Of a stretch of DNA of 32,000 nt, positions 31,921 to 32,000 are shown piece after piece. The stretch spans positions 335,690 through 367,689 of the forward strand of contig CAWBEI010000002.1 in NCBI GenBank assembly GCA_963787835.1, written 5' to 3'. The translations under genes and the position numbers were made by a program. The notes beneath the pieces are model-generated. The model saw only the letters and a program-made list of their open reading frames with translations. It was not told the DNA's origin and searched no databases. The DNA comes from Ignavibacteriota bacterium. Lineage in GTDB: Bacteria > Bacteroidota > Ignavibacteria > Palsa-1295. Every line of letters starts with the position of its first letter. Within the stretch, counting starts at the first letter, position 1.

Positions 31921-32000
31921 TTAATTCTTACTTGATCTATAAATCAGATTGTCGTCATTTCAGAGGGGATATTCCCTGCGCGCCGAACAAGCGCGAGGGC

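Noticed and set aside
1-32000. CRISPR arrays, rRNA genes, or known defence systems (RM, CBASS, retron, TA with recognisable domains)
   Set aside because: I saw no regularly spaced direct repeats of 25-40 nt with unique spacers and no rRNA-like sequence. None of the translated ORFs carries motifs I can assign to a known defence family.

Overview
This window looks like a chromosomal segment from an FCB-group bacterium (Bacteroidota/Ignavibacteriota-like). The evidence is several C-terminal beta-sandwich tails of the T9SS sorting type and many lipoproteins. The assignment rests on motif recognition only; no search was run.

The core genes I recognise are:
- a GT2 glycosyltransferase fragment and an SDR epimerase
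- a very large repetitive T9SS-tailed surface protein, broken by two +1 frameshifts
- cmk, recA and recX
- a YbbR-domain protein
- a DnaQ-exonuclease/GIY-YIG (UvrC-N/Cho-like) fusion
- an ECF sigma factor translationally coupled to an 828-aa internally duplicated membrane protein
- a YXWGXW-repeat secreted protein
- a membrane GT2 with a roughly 325-codon low-complexity N-terminal extension

Between cmk and recA (about 6.4-17.05 kb) lies a visibly more AT-rich accessory island. It carries an IS1595-type transposase and two divergent IS1-type transposases, one of them truncated. It also holds a convergent overlapping pair of DUF2158/YodC-like genes and a secreted metzincin protease operon. In addition it contains an atypical orphan tRNA and many small unrecognisable ORFs.

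The most unusual signal is in the non-coding DNA of that island. Several conserved modules (called W, X, Y and Z here) recur around unrelated small ORFs. One is a 31/32-nt inverted repeat pair that brackets a 5.6-kb segment containing the IS1595 transposase and the protease operon.

Other notable items:
- an IS200-like Y1 transposase (RAYT-like) flanked symmetrically by REP-type hairpins
- three families of palindromic MITE/REP-like repeats, one copy of which sits in frame inside a CDS
- a recA-recX pair split by a tandem lipoprotein paralog family with a decayed fourth copy
- a +1 frameshift located exactly at CCC-UAA

No CRISPR array, rRNA or recognisable defence system was seen.
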